From Dehalococcoidia bacterium (GTDB lineage Bacteria > Chloroflexota > Dehalococcoidia > SHYB01), in contig CBDCOW010000003.1 in assembly GCA_965219875.1 (NCBI GenBank), positions 1,002,458 through 1,066,457 of the forward strand: a DNA stretch of 64,000 nucleotides, written 5' to 3'. Of the stretch, positions 36,342 to 45,145 are shown one piece after another. Every line of letters starts with the position of its first letter. Position 1 is the stretch's first letter. The notes under the pieces were generated by a model that made no database searches, had not been told where the DNA came from, and worked only from the letters and a program-made list of their open reading frames with translations. The position numbers were made by a program, and so were the translations under genes.

Positions 36342-37748
36342 ATGCCCAACCGGCGAGCGTCATCAATGGGCGGCCAACGCGCCCTGATTCCCTCCGGCGG
36401 GCCCGGCGACGCCTTCGGGCCCCCGAGCGTCGACGCGCCTCTCGCCGCGCGGATGCGTCCGCGCACCCTCGACGAGCTCGCCGGTCAGAAGGACCTTGTC
36501 GGCGAAGGCCGCGTCCTGCGCAAGGCCATCGACGCCGACCGCCTCCCCTCGATGGTGCTGTGGGGCCCGCCAGGGACGGGCAAGACCACCCTGGCCCGCA
36601 TCATCGCCGGCATGACCGAATCTCACTTCGCGCCGGTGAGCGCCGTCTCCTCCGGGGTCGCCGACCTCCGCCGCATCATCGCCGAGGCCCAGGAGCGGAC
36701 GCGGGAGACCGGGCGGCGCACCGTCCTCTTCATCGACGAGATCCACCGCTTCAACAAGGCGCAGCAGGACGCGATCCTGCCCCACGTCGAAGAGGGAACG
36801 GTCACCTTCATCGGGGCCACCACGGAGAACCCATCGTTCGAGGTCATCTCGCCGCTGCTCTCGCGCGCCCGCGTCTTACCTCTCAAGGCGCTCGGCGAGG
36901 ATGACCTGCGGGCCATCGTCACCCGCGCGCTGAGCGACGAGGAGCGCGGCCTCGCCGCGCTTGGCGTGGGCATCGACGACGACGCCCTCGACTTCCTCGT
37001 CGCGCTCGGCAACGGCGACGCGAGGGTCACGCTGAACGCCCTCGAACTCGCGGCGCAGGCGACGGAGCCCGGCGACGGAGGGCGGCGCGTCATCCAACTG
37101 CCCACGCTGTACGAGGTCGCCCAGCGCCGCACCCTGCGCTACGACAAGGGCGGCGACGAGCACTACGACACCATCTCCGCCTTCATCAAGTCGATACGCG
37201 GCTCCGACCCCGACGCCGCCGTCTACTGGCTGGCGCGGATGCTGGAAGCGGGCGAGGACCCGCTCTTCGTGGCCCGCCGCATCGTGATCCTCGCCGCCGA
37301 GGACATCGGCCTCGCCGACCCCCAGGCCCTCAGCGTGGCCGTCGCCGCCCAGCAGGCGGTGAGCTTCATCGGCATGCCGGAGGGCTTCCTGCCTCTGTCC
37401 GAAGCCGCGCTCTACCTCGCCACGGCCCCGAAGAGCAACTCAGCGCTCACCGCCTACACCGCCGCCAAGGCGGAGGTCGAGGCGACGGCGAACCGCCCCG
37501 TGCCGCTGCACCTGCGCAACGCCGTGACCGGTCTCGGCCACGCCCTGGGCCATGGCAAGGGCTACCGCTACGCCCACGACTTCTCCGACCATCAAGTCGA
37601 CCAACAGCACCTGCCCGAAGAGCTCGCCGGGCGGCGCTTCTACAAGCCGGGAACACAGGGCTACGAGGCGGAGGTCGCCAAGCGCCTCGAATCATGGGGC
37701 AAAACCCCGCCACCCTCGGAGGAGCCCGACGAGCGGCTGCCCTGGTAA
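36342..37748 (+). CDS. rarA: Replication-associated recombination protein A (AAA+ ATPase RarA/MgsA)
   Basis: Walker [12 protein letters not shown], Walker [13 protein letters not shown], sensor GATTENP, C-terminal MgsA helical domains ([44 protein letters not shown]). Confidence 0.9.
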   Translation: MPNRRASSMGGQRALIPSGGPGDAFGPPSVDAPLAARMRPRTLDELAGQKDLVGEGRVLRKAIDADRLPSMVLWGPPGTGKTTLARIIAGMTESHFAPVSAVSSGVADLRRIIAEAQERTRETGRRTVLFIDEIHRFNKAQQDAILPHVEEGTVTFIGATTENPSFEVISPLLSRARVLPLKALGEDDLRAIVTRALSDEERGLAALGVGIDDDALDFLVALGNGDARVTLNALELAAQATEPGDGGRRVIQLPTLYEVAQRRTLRYDKGGDEHYDTISAFIKSIRGSDPDAAVYWLARMLEAGEDPLFVARRIVILAAEDIGLADPQALSVAVAAQQAVSFIGMPEGFLPLSEAALYLATAPKSNSALTAYTAAKAEVEATANRPVPLHLRNAVTGLGHALGHGKGYRYAHDFSDHQVDQQHLPEELAGRRFYKPGTQGYEAEVAKRLESWGKTPPPSEEPDERLPW

Positions 37749-37780
37749 CCCGCCCCCTCCGGCCTCCCGCCCCCCTCTGG

Positions 37781-38458
37781 GGACCTTTGCACAACCGTCC
37801 GCGGGCAAGCATGGGTGGGGCCGGGAGGTCTTGCCTCTTCTCCCCACGGGAGAAGATTGAGATGAGGGGCCCCCTCGCAACCGCCACGGGTTATCGAAGT
37901 CCGCCACCCTCGCGGTCATTCACTCCGGTTACGCAAAGGTCTCCGCCAGAGGAGACCTTTGCACAACCGTCCGCGGGCAAGCATGGGTAGGGCCGGGAGG
38001 TCTTGCCTCTTCTCCCCACGGGAGAAGATTGAGATGAGGGGCCCCCTCGCAACCGCCACGGGTTATCGAAGTCCGCCACCCTCGCGGTCATTCACTCCGG
38101 TTACGCAAAGGTCTCCGCCAGAGGAGACCTTTGCACAACCGTCCGCGGCAAGCATGGGTGGGGCCGGGAGGTCTTGCCTCTTCTCCCCACGGGAGAAGAT
38201 TGAGATGAGGGGCCCCCTCGCAACCGCCACGGGTTATCGAAGTCCGCCACCCTCGCGGTCATTCACCCCGGTTACGCAAGGGTCTCCGCCAGAGGAGACC
38301 TTTGCACAACCGTCCGCGGCAAGCATGGGTGGGGCCGGGAGGTCTTGCCTCTTCTCCCCACGGGAGAAGATTGAGATGAGGGGCCCCCTCGCAACCGCCA
38401 CGGGTTATCGAAGTCCGCCACCCTCGCGGTCATTCACCCCGGTTACGCAAGGGTCTCG
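37781..38458 (+). repeat. Head-to-tail tandem array of ~4 copies of a 171-172-bp MITE-like unit (same TIR family)
   Basis: Unit starts at 37783, 37955, 38127 and 38298, more than 98% identical. Each junction forms a perfect 12-bp palindrome GCAAAGGTCTCC-gccaga-GGAGACCTTTGC. There is an internal 9-bp hairpin TCTTCTCCC-cac-GGGAGAAGA. Confidence 0.9.
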
Positions 38459-39028
38459 GTAAGAGCGATTCGCGACTCGCCCCTGACGCGCGGCCGACCC
38501 CCACGGCCAATATTGCGCGCCGATGATACTTGGCACACCTTGCCTCTCCGCCTCCCACCCCACGACATCGCCCCCTTCCCCATCCCCACCGCCGCCCCCT
38601 ACCATGTCCTTGCATGTCTTAGGCCTACTCAGCCACCGGCGCCGGCTCAGAGGGAAGAGCCGCGCCCCGTGGCGCGGAGCGGCGCCCTCCCTCCGGGAAC
38701 TCCTGCGCTCCTCCCAAGCGCGAGGAGTTTCAAGCGAGGCCGAGGCCGGCCTTGAAGCGGGCGCCCGAGGCCGCGGATGAGACCGCCGGACATGCCGGAG
38801 TTGCAACGTGACGTATGGGAAGATCGCTCGCTACCGTAACCTTTAGTCGAGCCCGCATGAGCGCCTCGCGGCGCGGCCATGCTCCCCATCCGGCACCGCC
38901 CAGCCCCGTGATCGGTAAAAGGTTACCCCCCTTGGCCCCCGTGCGCCCGTCGCCGCCCCCAACCGCGCAAACGAGGGTTGGGGTTGGGGCCGGGGCGGCG
39001 CCGTGCTAGACTCGCTCGCTGCAAGCCC

Positions 39029-39715
39029 ATGCCGAGGACCACGCTCTACGCAAGCCCCGCCGACGCCGTCGCCGACGTCCCCGACGGCGCCAGCATCATG
39101 ATCGCCGGCTTCGGCATGGCGGGGTATCCACAGGCCCTGGTGCTGGCGCTCCGCGACCGGGGCGTCAGGGACCTCACCATCATCTGCAATTCCTGCGGAG
39201 GGACGCGCGCCGACCGGCTCGACCCCGGCATCCTCATCAAGGCCGGCATGGTGCGGAAGGCGATCGTGTCGATCGGCGTCTTGCCCGGCAACTCCGCGCC
39301 CGAGGTCGAGGAGCAGTGGTCGAGGGGCACGCTCGAAATCGAGCTTTCGCCCCAGGGCACGCTTGCCGAGCGCATCCGGGCCGGCGGCGCGGGCATCGGC
39401 GGCTTCTACACCCCCGTGGGCGCGGGGACCGCCGTCGAGGAGGGCAAGGAGAAGCGGGCCATTGGCGGCGTGGAACACCTGCTCGAACTGCCGCTCCGCG
39501 CCGACTACGCCTTCGTCCAGGCGCACCGGGCCGACACGCTGGGCAACCTCGTCTTCCGCCGCACCTCCCGCAACTTCAACCCCATCATGGCGGCGGCCGC
39601 CGACGTCACCATCGCCGAGGTCGAGGCCATCGTCGACCCCGCCGAGATCGACCCCGAGCGCATCGGCGCCGCGGGAGTCTACGTCGACCGCGTCGTCCAG
39701 GCCGACCGCCCCTAG
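39029..39715 (+). CDS. 3-oxoacid CoA-transferase subunit A (ScoA/AtoD-like)
   Basis: IMIAGFGMAGYPQALVLALRDRGVRDLTIICNSCG...ELSPQGTLAERIRAGGAGIGGFYTPVGAGT is the subunit-A signature. ATG 39029. Confidence 0.85.
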   Translation: MPRTTLYASPADAVADVPDGASIMIAGFGMAGYPQALVLALRDRGVRDLTIICNSCGGTRADRLDPGILIKAGMVRKAIVSIGVLPGNSAPEVEEQWSRGTLEIELSPQGTLAERIRAGGAGIGGFYTPVGAGTAVEEGKEKRAIGGVEHLLELPLRADYAFVQAHRADTLGNLVFRRTSRNFNPIMAAAADVTIAEVEAIVDPAEIDPERIGAAGVYVDRVVQADRP

Positions 39716-40374
39716 AGCGACATCTCCGCGACCTCGTCGGCGACGAGCAGATCGGCGCCGGAGACGGCCTGGACTTCCTCCGGCGTCCAGCCCGGCGCGA
39801 CTTCCGCGATCTCCATGCCCCGCGGCGTCAGCCGCAGCACCGCCACGTCGGTGATCAGCACGTCGACGCAGGCGCGGCCCGTGAGCGGCAGCGAACAGGT
39901 CTCGACGACCTTCGGCCTCCCGTCGGACGTGGTATGCGTCATGGTGACGATGACCTTCTTGACCCCGACCACGAGGTCCATCGCGCCGCCCATGCCGCCG
40001 ACCCGGCCCGGTAGGGCCCAACTGGCAAGATCGCCGGCTTGCGACACTTGGAGCGCCCCCAGCACCGCCACGTCCACGCGCCCACCGCGGATCATCGCGA
40101 ACGACTCGGCGTGGTCGAGGAACGAGATGCCCGGCGCTAGCGTCACCGGCTGCCCCATCGCGTTGACGAGGTCCCAGTCGGCCTCCTCGGCGGTGGTGAT
40201 GGCCCCGTAGCCGACGACGCCGTTCTCCGCCTGGAACGTGATCTGCTTCCCTTCGGGGATGTAGTTGGCGGCGAGCGACGGTATCCCGAACCCGAGGTTG
40301 ACGCACATCCCGTCCTCGAGCTCCTTGGCGGCCCGCAGGGCCATCGATTCCTTGTCGAGCCGGAACTTCTCCAC
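39712..40374 (-). CDS. 3-oxoacid CoA-transferase subunit B (ScoB/AtoA-like)
   Basis: AAKELEDGMCVNLGFGIPSLAANYIPEG...QAENGVVGYG...GGMGGAMDLVVGVKKVIVTMTHT with the catalytic Glu region. GTG 40374 (alternative ATG 40344). It is convergent with subunit A, and the two 3' ends overlap by 4 nt. Confidence 0.85.
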   Translation of the reverse strand: MEKFRLDKESMALRAAKELEDGMCVNLGFGIPSLAANYIPEGKQITFQAENGVVGYGAITTAEEADWDLVNAMGQPVTLAPGISFLDHAESFAMIRGGRVDVAVLGALQVSQAGDLASWALPGRVGGMGGAMDLVVGVKKVIVTMTHTTSDGRPKVVETCSLPLTGRACVDVLITDVAVLRLTPRGMEIAEVAPGWTPEEVQAVSGADLLVADEVAEMSL

Positions 40375-40394
40375 TTTGCCACTCCACCGGCGGA

Positions 40395-40500
40395 GACTCT
40401 TGCGTAACCTGTCCGTGAGCGGGCGTCCACAAGGGGCGCCCCTACGGGAAGGGATGGATTCTCGCTTGCGCGGGAATGACGGATGCCCTGCGTTCCAAAG
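40395..40500 (+). repeat. Partial copy of the MITE-like element (TIR GGAGACTCTTGCGTAAC, then an interior matching the 36027 copy in inverted orientation)
   Basis: Sequence identity to 36045..36110 is visible in reverse complement. It sits in the divergent promoter region between scoB and the hydantoinase operon. Confidence 0.5.
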
Positions 40501-40562
40501 CTCTGCACAGATCCCCGGCGGGCTCATTCTACCCCAGCGGCGGTGCCTTTCCGCGGCCCCGA

Positions 40563-40592
40563 TTTCGCATAGCGCGGTGGGTGCGCTACAAT
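40563..40592 (+). promoter_or_regulatory. Candidate promoter TTTCGC - 18 nt - TACAAT upstream of the hydantoinase-like operon
   Basis: The -10 hexamer TACAAT (40587..40592) lies 50 nt upstream of ATG 40643. The -35 is weak. Confidence 0.3.
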
Positions 40593-40642
40593 AGCTGACG
40601 CCCGGCGGGGCGCTGCCTCAGGCTCCCCTGCCTCACCCAACC

Positions 40643-42658
40643 ATGGCGGCGCTGCGCTCCACAGACACCTACACCATCGACGTCGACATCGGCGGGACGT
40701 TCACGGACGGCGTTCTGAGCGATGGTGCGGGCGTCCGGTGGGCCAAGGTCGACACCACCCCCCACGACCTCACGGAGTGCTTCCTGCGCTGCGTCGAGGA
40801 GCTTGCCGCGCTCGCCGGCCTGGACACCGCCGCGCTCCTTGCCCGGTCGTCCGTCATCCGGCTGTCGAGCACCGTCGCGACGAACATGCTGCTCCAGCGG
40901 AACGGGCCCAAGCTGGGCATCATGGTGACCGAGGGCGAGGAGGCGGCGCTCACCGGGGGCGCGGCAGCCGAGCTTTTCGCCGGCATCGTCGATCCCGGCA
41001 TGGTCGCCGGCCTCCCCGAGGCCATGTCTCCGGCGGGCGAGGTCATGCGCGCGCTGGACGAAGCCAACGTCCGGCGGGCGATGGAGCGGTTGCTCGACGA
41101 CGGGGCCAGGGGCATCGTCGTCAGCTTCGACGGCGCTATCGCCAACCCTGCCCACGAGCTCCTGGCGCGCCGGGTCGTGAACGGTGAATACCCACGGCAC
41201 TATCTCGGCTCGGTGCATACCTGGCTGGGGGCCGAGCTCAGCAGTGGCGACGACCCGCTGCGCCGGAACACCGCCATCCTCAACGGCTACCTTCACCGCG
41301 GAGTAGCGACCTCGCTCTACAAGTCGGACGAGTTGCTGCGCCAACGCGGCTTCAAACGACCCCTGCTCGTGGCGCACTCGCGGAGCGGGACGGCGCGCGT
41401 CGCCAAAACCACCGCACTCAACACCTACAACTCCGGCCCCGTGGCCGGTCTCGTGGGCTGCGCCAGGCTCGCGAAGGACCTGTACGGCATCGAAGACCTC
41501 GTCTCCATCGACGTGGGCGGCACCAGCGTCGACATCGGCATCGTCGCCGGCGGCGAGGTGCCCTTCAGCGCCGAGCCCGCGGTCCACGGCATCGCCGTCG
41601 GGACCCCGATGATCGACGTCGAGCCGGTCGGCGGCGGCGGCGGCGGCATCGTGAAGGCCGACGGCGCTTCCGGCGACGTCAGCGTGGGGCCAGAGAGCGC
41701 CGGCGCCCTTCCGGGCCCCGCCTGCTACGGTCTCGGCGGCAACGACCCCACCCTCACCGACGCCGACGTGATCCTGGGCTACATCAACCCCGAGTTCTTC
41801 CTCGGTGGCAAGCGCGCCCTCGACGCGGAGCGCGCCCGCAACGTCTATCAGCGGCGCGTCGCCCGTAGGCTGAACGTCCCCCTCGAAGAGGCCGCCGACC
41901 GCGCCGCGCGTCAAGCCGAGCGCGACGTGGCGGAGCGTCTCGCCGCCGCCCTCGACGCCCGCGGCCTCGACCCCGCCGGCGTCACCATGTTCGCCTTCGG
42001 CGGCGGTGGCGGCCTACGCTGCTGCGGCTACGCCGAGGCGGTGGGCATCCGCAAGATCATCGTCTTCCCCTTCGCCGGCGTGGCCAGCGCCATGGGCGCC
42101 TCTTTCATGGACGTGGCCCACTTCTACGATGCCCCCGTGAACGCCGACCTCGACGGGCCCGACGCCGTGACGCGCTACAACCAGACCATTGCCGGCCTGC
42201 AAGCGCGGGCGGCGCGCGACATGCTCGGCGAGGGCTTTGCCGAGAACGAGATAGCGTTCGAGGCCGAGGCGGTGATCGAGGCGGGCGCCGAGCGGCGAAC
42301 CGTCCCGGCTCCCGTCGAAGTCCAATCGCCGGACGAGCTCCGCGACGGAGCGCCGTCACCCGGTCTGAAACTGCGCTCGGTGACGCTCCGCGCGGCCTGC
42401 AGTACGCCGCGCGTCGCCATCGAGCGCCGCAAGCTCAGTGGGCGCAGTCCCAAGGCGGCGTTGAAAGGCGAGCGTGAAGTCTATCGGAACGGCGCATTCA
42501 CCCCGTCGAAGGTCTACGCCGCCGACCGGCTGAAGCCGGGGAACGCCGTCGAGGGTCCCGCGATCGTCGAGGCCGCCGACAGCACCGTCGTCGCGCCCGC
42601 CGGCTGGACCTACACCGTCGACGCCTTCGGCAACGGTGTGCTGGAGCGGGCATCGTGA
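40643..42658 (+). CDS. Hydantoinase A / oxoprolinase (HyuA) family ATPase subunit, copy 1 (acetone/acetophenone carboxylase beta-like)
   Basis: N-terminal TIDVDIGGTFTDGVL and the second ATPase motif LVSIDVGGTSVDIGIV match the Hydantoinase_A/ASKHA fold. Confidence 0.9.
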   Translation: MAALRSTDTYTIDVDIGGTFTDGVLSDGAGVRWAKVDTTPHDLTECFLRCVEELAALAGLDTAALLARSSVIRLSSTVATNMLLQRNGPKLGIMVTEGEEAALTGGAAAELFAGIVDPGMVAGLPEAMSPAGEVMRALDEANVRRAMERLLDDGARGIVVSFDGAIANPAHELLARRVVNGEYPRHYLGSVHTWLGAELSSGDDPLRRNTAILNGYLHRGVATSLYKSDELLRQRGFKRPLLVAHSRSGTARVAKTTALNTYNSGPVAGLVGCARLAKDLYGIEDLVSIDVGGTSVDIGIVAGGEVPFSAEPAVHGIAVGTPMIDVEPVGGGGGGIVKADGASGDVSVGPESAGALPGPACYGLGGNDPTLTDADVILGYINPEFFLGGKRALDAERARNVYQRRVARRLNVPLEEAADRAARQAERDVAERLAAALDARGLDPAGVTMFAFGGGGGLRCCGYAEAVGIRKIIVFPFAGVASAMGASFMDVAHFYDAPVNADLDGPDAVTRYNQTIAGLQARAARDMLGEGFAENEIAFEAEAVIEAGAERRTVPAPVEVQSPDELRDGAPSPGLKLRSVTLRAACSTPRVAIERRKLSGRSPKAALKGEREVYRNGAFTPSKVYAADRLKPGNAVEGPAIVEAADSTVVAPAGWTYTVDAFGNGVLERAS

Positions 42659-43011
42659 AGGTCCGCATCACCGAATATCTCGACATCGACCTCGAACGGG
42701 AGCAGTGGACCTGCAACCGCTGCGACCGCGAACTCGGTCCGGCGCGCGAGAACTACAAGGAGTTCATGCTCGTCTACCAGCGCGACCCCAAGACGGTGCA
42801 CCACCCCCATCTCGACCCGAAGGAGCACCGCTACACGATGAGCTCCGACAAGGAGTGGGTGGGCATCCTCGAGTTCTACTGCCCCGGCTGCGCCGCGATG
42901 GTCGAGGTCGAATACCTGCCCCCCGGCCATCCGGTCACGCGGGACATCGAGCTCGACATCGACGCGCTGAAGCACAAGCACCTCGGCGGAGAGGGCGGCG
43001 CGGCGTCGTGA
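42655..43011 (+). CDS. Small Cys4 zinc-binding subunit, acetone-carboxylase gamma (AcxC)-like
   Basis: 118 aa with CNRCDRE...CPGCAAM. Translationally coupled on both sides (ATGA at 42655, GTGA at 43008) between two HyuA-like genes. The gamma-subunit assignment is from memory. Confidence 0.55.
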   Translation: MKVRITEYLDIDLEREQWTCNRCDRELGPARENYKEFMLVYQRDPKTVHHPHLDPKEHRYTMSSDKEWVGILEFYCPGCAAMVEVEYLPPGHPVTRDIELDIDALKHKHLGGEGGAAS

Positions 43012-45140
43012 GCTTAACCATCGACATCGACATCGGCGGTACGTTCACCGACTGCGTGCTCGTCGGGCCGCGGGGCATCATGCGCAGCAAGACCCCCACG
43101 ACGGCCTACGACCTGAGCGTCGGCTTCCGCCGCGGCATCGAAGACCTCGCCCTGCAGGTCGACCTTTCCTCTGAAGAGCTGATCGAGCAGTCGAACGTCA
43201 TCCGTTACTCGACGACGAGCGGACTTAACACGCTGCTGCAGCGCACCGGCCCCAAGCTGGGACTCATCACTACCACCGGCCACGAGCACGTCCTCATCAT
43301 CGGACGGTCGCGGCAGTGGGCCGACGGCCTGCCCGTGCAGGAGCGGCGCCTGCTCCACAAGGCGATGAAGCCCGAGCCGCTGATCACGCTCGACATGACC
43401 GTCGGCATACGCGAGCGCATCGACATGAACGGGAACGTGATAGTCCCGATCGACCGCGAGGACGTCCGCCGGAAGGTGCAGCACCTCGTCGATCAGGGCG
43501 CGCAGGGCTTCATTGTCTCCCTGCTGTGGTCCTTCCGGAACCCCGAGCACGAGCGCACGGTGCGCGAGGTCATCGAGGAGGAGTACCCCGGCTACTACCT
43601 CGGCGCGATGCCGATCATCCTCTCCAGCGACGTGCAGCCCAAGCGCCATGAGTACCCTCGGACGAACGTCGCCGTGCTCAGCGGCTACCTCCACCGCGAC
43701 ATGAGCGAGCAGCTCTCCCTGCTCACCGAGCAACTGCGCGACTACGGCTACCGCAAGCCGCTCTATCTGCTGAACAACATCGGCGGCGTCACCAAGGTCC
43801 CCCGCACCCGCGCCATCGACACCTTCGGCGCGGGCCCCGTTGCCGGCCTGATGGCCGGCGCCCACCTCTCGCGCATCTACGACCTGCCCCGCGTCCTCGT
43901 GACCGACATGGGCGGAACCAGCTTCGACTACGGCATGGTCATCGACGGCCAATGCCAGTCCTACGTCGATTGGCCCGTCATCGACCGCTGGGCCACCGAG
44001 AACACCATGCTCGAGGTGAGCTCCATCGGCGCGGGCGGCGGCTCGGTGGCGTGGGTCAACGAGGCCTTGGGCGGCAGATTCGAAGTCGGCCCCAAGAGCG
44101 CCGGATCGAACCCCGGCCCGGCCTGCTACGACCTCGGCGGCGACGAGCCCACGGTCGCCGACGCCGACGTCGTCCTCGGCTTCCTCAACCCCGACAACTT
44201 CCTCGGCGGCAGAATGTCCCTTAACCGCGAGAAGGCGGTGCAGGCGATGGAGCACCTCGGCAAGCCCCTCGGGGCCTCGCCCGAGGAGGCGGCGGCGATG
44301 GTCAAGGAGATCATCGACGCGAAGATGGGCAACATCATCGTCAAGGAGATCTCGCTCAAGGGCCACGCCGCCGGCGACTTCGTCCTCTTCGCCTACGGCG
44401 GCGCGGGGCCGACGCATTGCGCCGGCTACAACGAGCTGCTCAAGGCGCCCAAGATCATGACCTTCCCCCACGCCAGCGTCTTCTGCGCGCTCGGCGGCGC
44501 GATCATGGACTTCCGGCAGCGCTACGAGGCGTCCCGCCAGGTGACGATGTTCGACCCCGCGAACTCGGACCCCTATCTGGAAGACGTCGACGATTTCAAC
44601 CGCGCCGTCGGCGCCCTCCGCTCCATAGCTATCCAGGACGTGCGCGGCGAGGGCTTCGAGCCGGAGCAGGCGGTCTTCGAGCTCGAAATGGACATGTCCT
44701 ACGCCCGGCAGCACAACGTGATGCGGGTGCGCTCACCGGTCGTCACGCTGGAATCGGCGGACGACGTGCGCGCCATCTGCGACGCCTACACCCGGACCTA
44801 CGTCAACCGCTACACGGAGGCGGCGCTGGAGCCGGGCTCGCCCATCATCATTCACAACTTCTACCTCTTCGCCACCGCGCCGCTAGAGAAGCCGCGTCTG
44901 CCCACCTACCCGCCCGCCGGCGAGGATCCCGGCGCCGCGCATCTCGGCGAGCGCCAGGTCTACTGGCCCGACGCCAAGGGCCGACTGGCGACGAGCATCT
45001 ACGACGCCGACCGGCTCGCACCGGGGAACCTGGTGCGCGGCCCTGCCATCGTCGAGGCGCCGGACACCACCGTCGTCATCCCCCACGAGATGACCTACAG
45101 CCTCGACGAATATCTCACCGGAATCCTGGAGCAGCGCTAA
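43008..45140 (+). CDS. Hydantoinase A (HyuA) family ATPase subunit, copy 2
   Basis: VSLTIDIDIGGTFTDCVL...VLVTDMGGTSFDYGMV. GTG start overlapping the upstream TGA. Confidence 0.85.
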   Translation: MSLTIDIDIGGTFTDCVLVGPRGIMRSKTPTTAYDLSVGFRRGIEDLALQVDLSSEELIEQSNVIRYSTTSGLNTLLQRTGPKLGLITTTGHEHVLIIGRSRQWADGLPVQERRLLHKAMKPEPLITLDMTVGIRERIDMNGNVIVPIDREDVRRKVQHLVDQGAQGFIVSLLWSFRNPEHERTVREVIEEEYPGYYLGAMPIILSSDVQPKRHEYPRTNVAVLSGYLHRDMSEQLSLLTEQLRDYGYRKPLYLLNNIGGVTKVPRTRAIDTFGAGPVAGLMAGAHLSRIYDLPRVLVTDMGGTSFDYGMVIDGQCQSYVDWPVIDRWATENTMLEVSSIGAGGGSVAWVNEALGGRFEVGPKSAGSNPGPACYDLGGDEPTVADADVVLGFLNPDNFLGGRMSLNREKAVQAMEHLGKPLGASPEEAAAMVKEIIDAKMGNIIVKEISLKGHAAGDFVLFAYGGAGPTHCAGYNELLKAPKIMTFPHASVFCALGGAIMDFRQRYEASRQVTMFDPANSDPYLEDVDDFNRAVGALRSIAIQDVRGEGFEPEQAVFELEMDMSYARQHNVMRVRSPVVTLESADDVRAICDAYTRTYVNRYTEAALEPGSPIIIHNFYLFATAPLEKPRLPTYPPAGEDPGAAHLGERQVYWPDAKGRLATSIYDADRLAPGNLVRGPAIVEAPDTTVVIPHEMTYSLDEYLTGILEQR

Positions 45141-45145
45141 CAGCC

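Noticed and set aside
37781-38458. CRISPR array
   Set aside because: The 172-bp units are identical throughout with no variable spacers. Each unit has terminal inverted repeats, which points to a MITE-like element. No cas genes are nearby.
38843-40432. 529-aa minus-strand ORF antisense to scoA, and similar long antisense ORFs (30386..31651, 34471..36033, 40586..41914, 43014..44714, 45137..46810, 60887..63277, 8535..9518, 426..1163)
   Set aside because: Their translations are Arg/Gly/Pro/Ala-rich with no domains. They lie opposite well-supported genes. Such ORFs are expected at 68% GC.
42636-45140. 834-aa ORF spanning the small zinc subunit and HyuA copy 2
   Set aside because: The first ~120 aa are out-of-frame overlap with the real 118-aa gene. 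HyuA-2 starts at GTG 43008 with the canonical TIDIDIGGTFTD motif.
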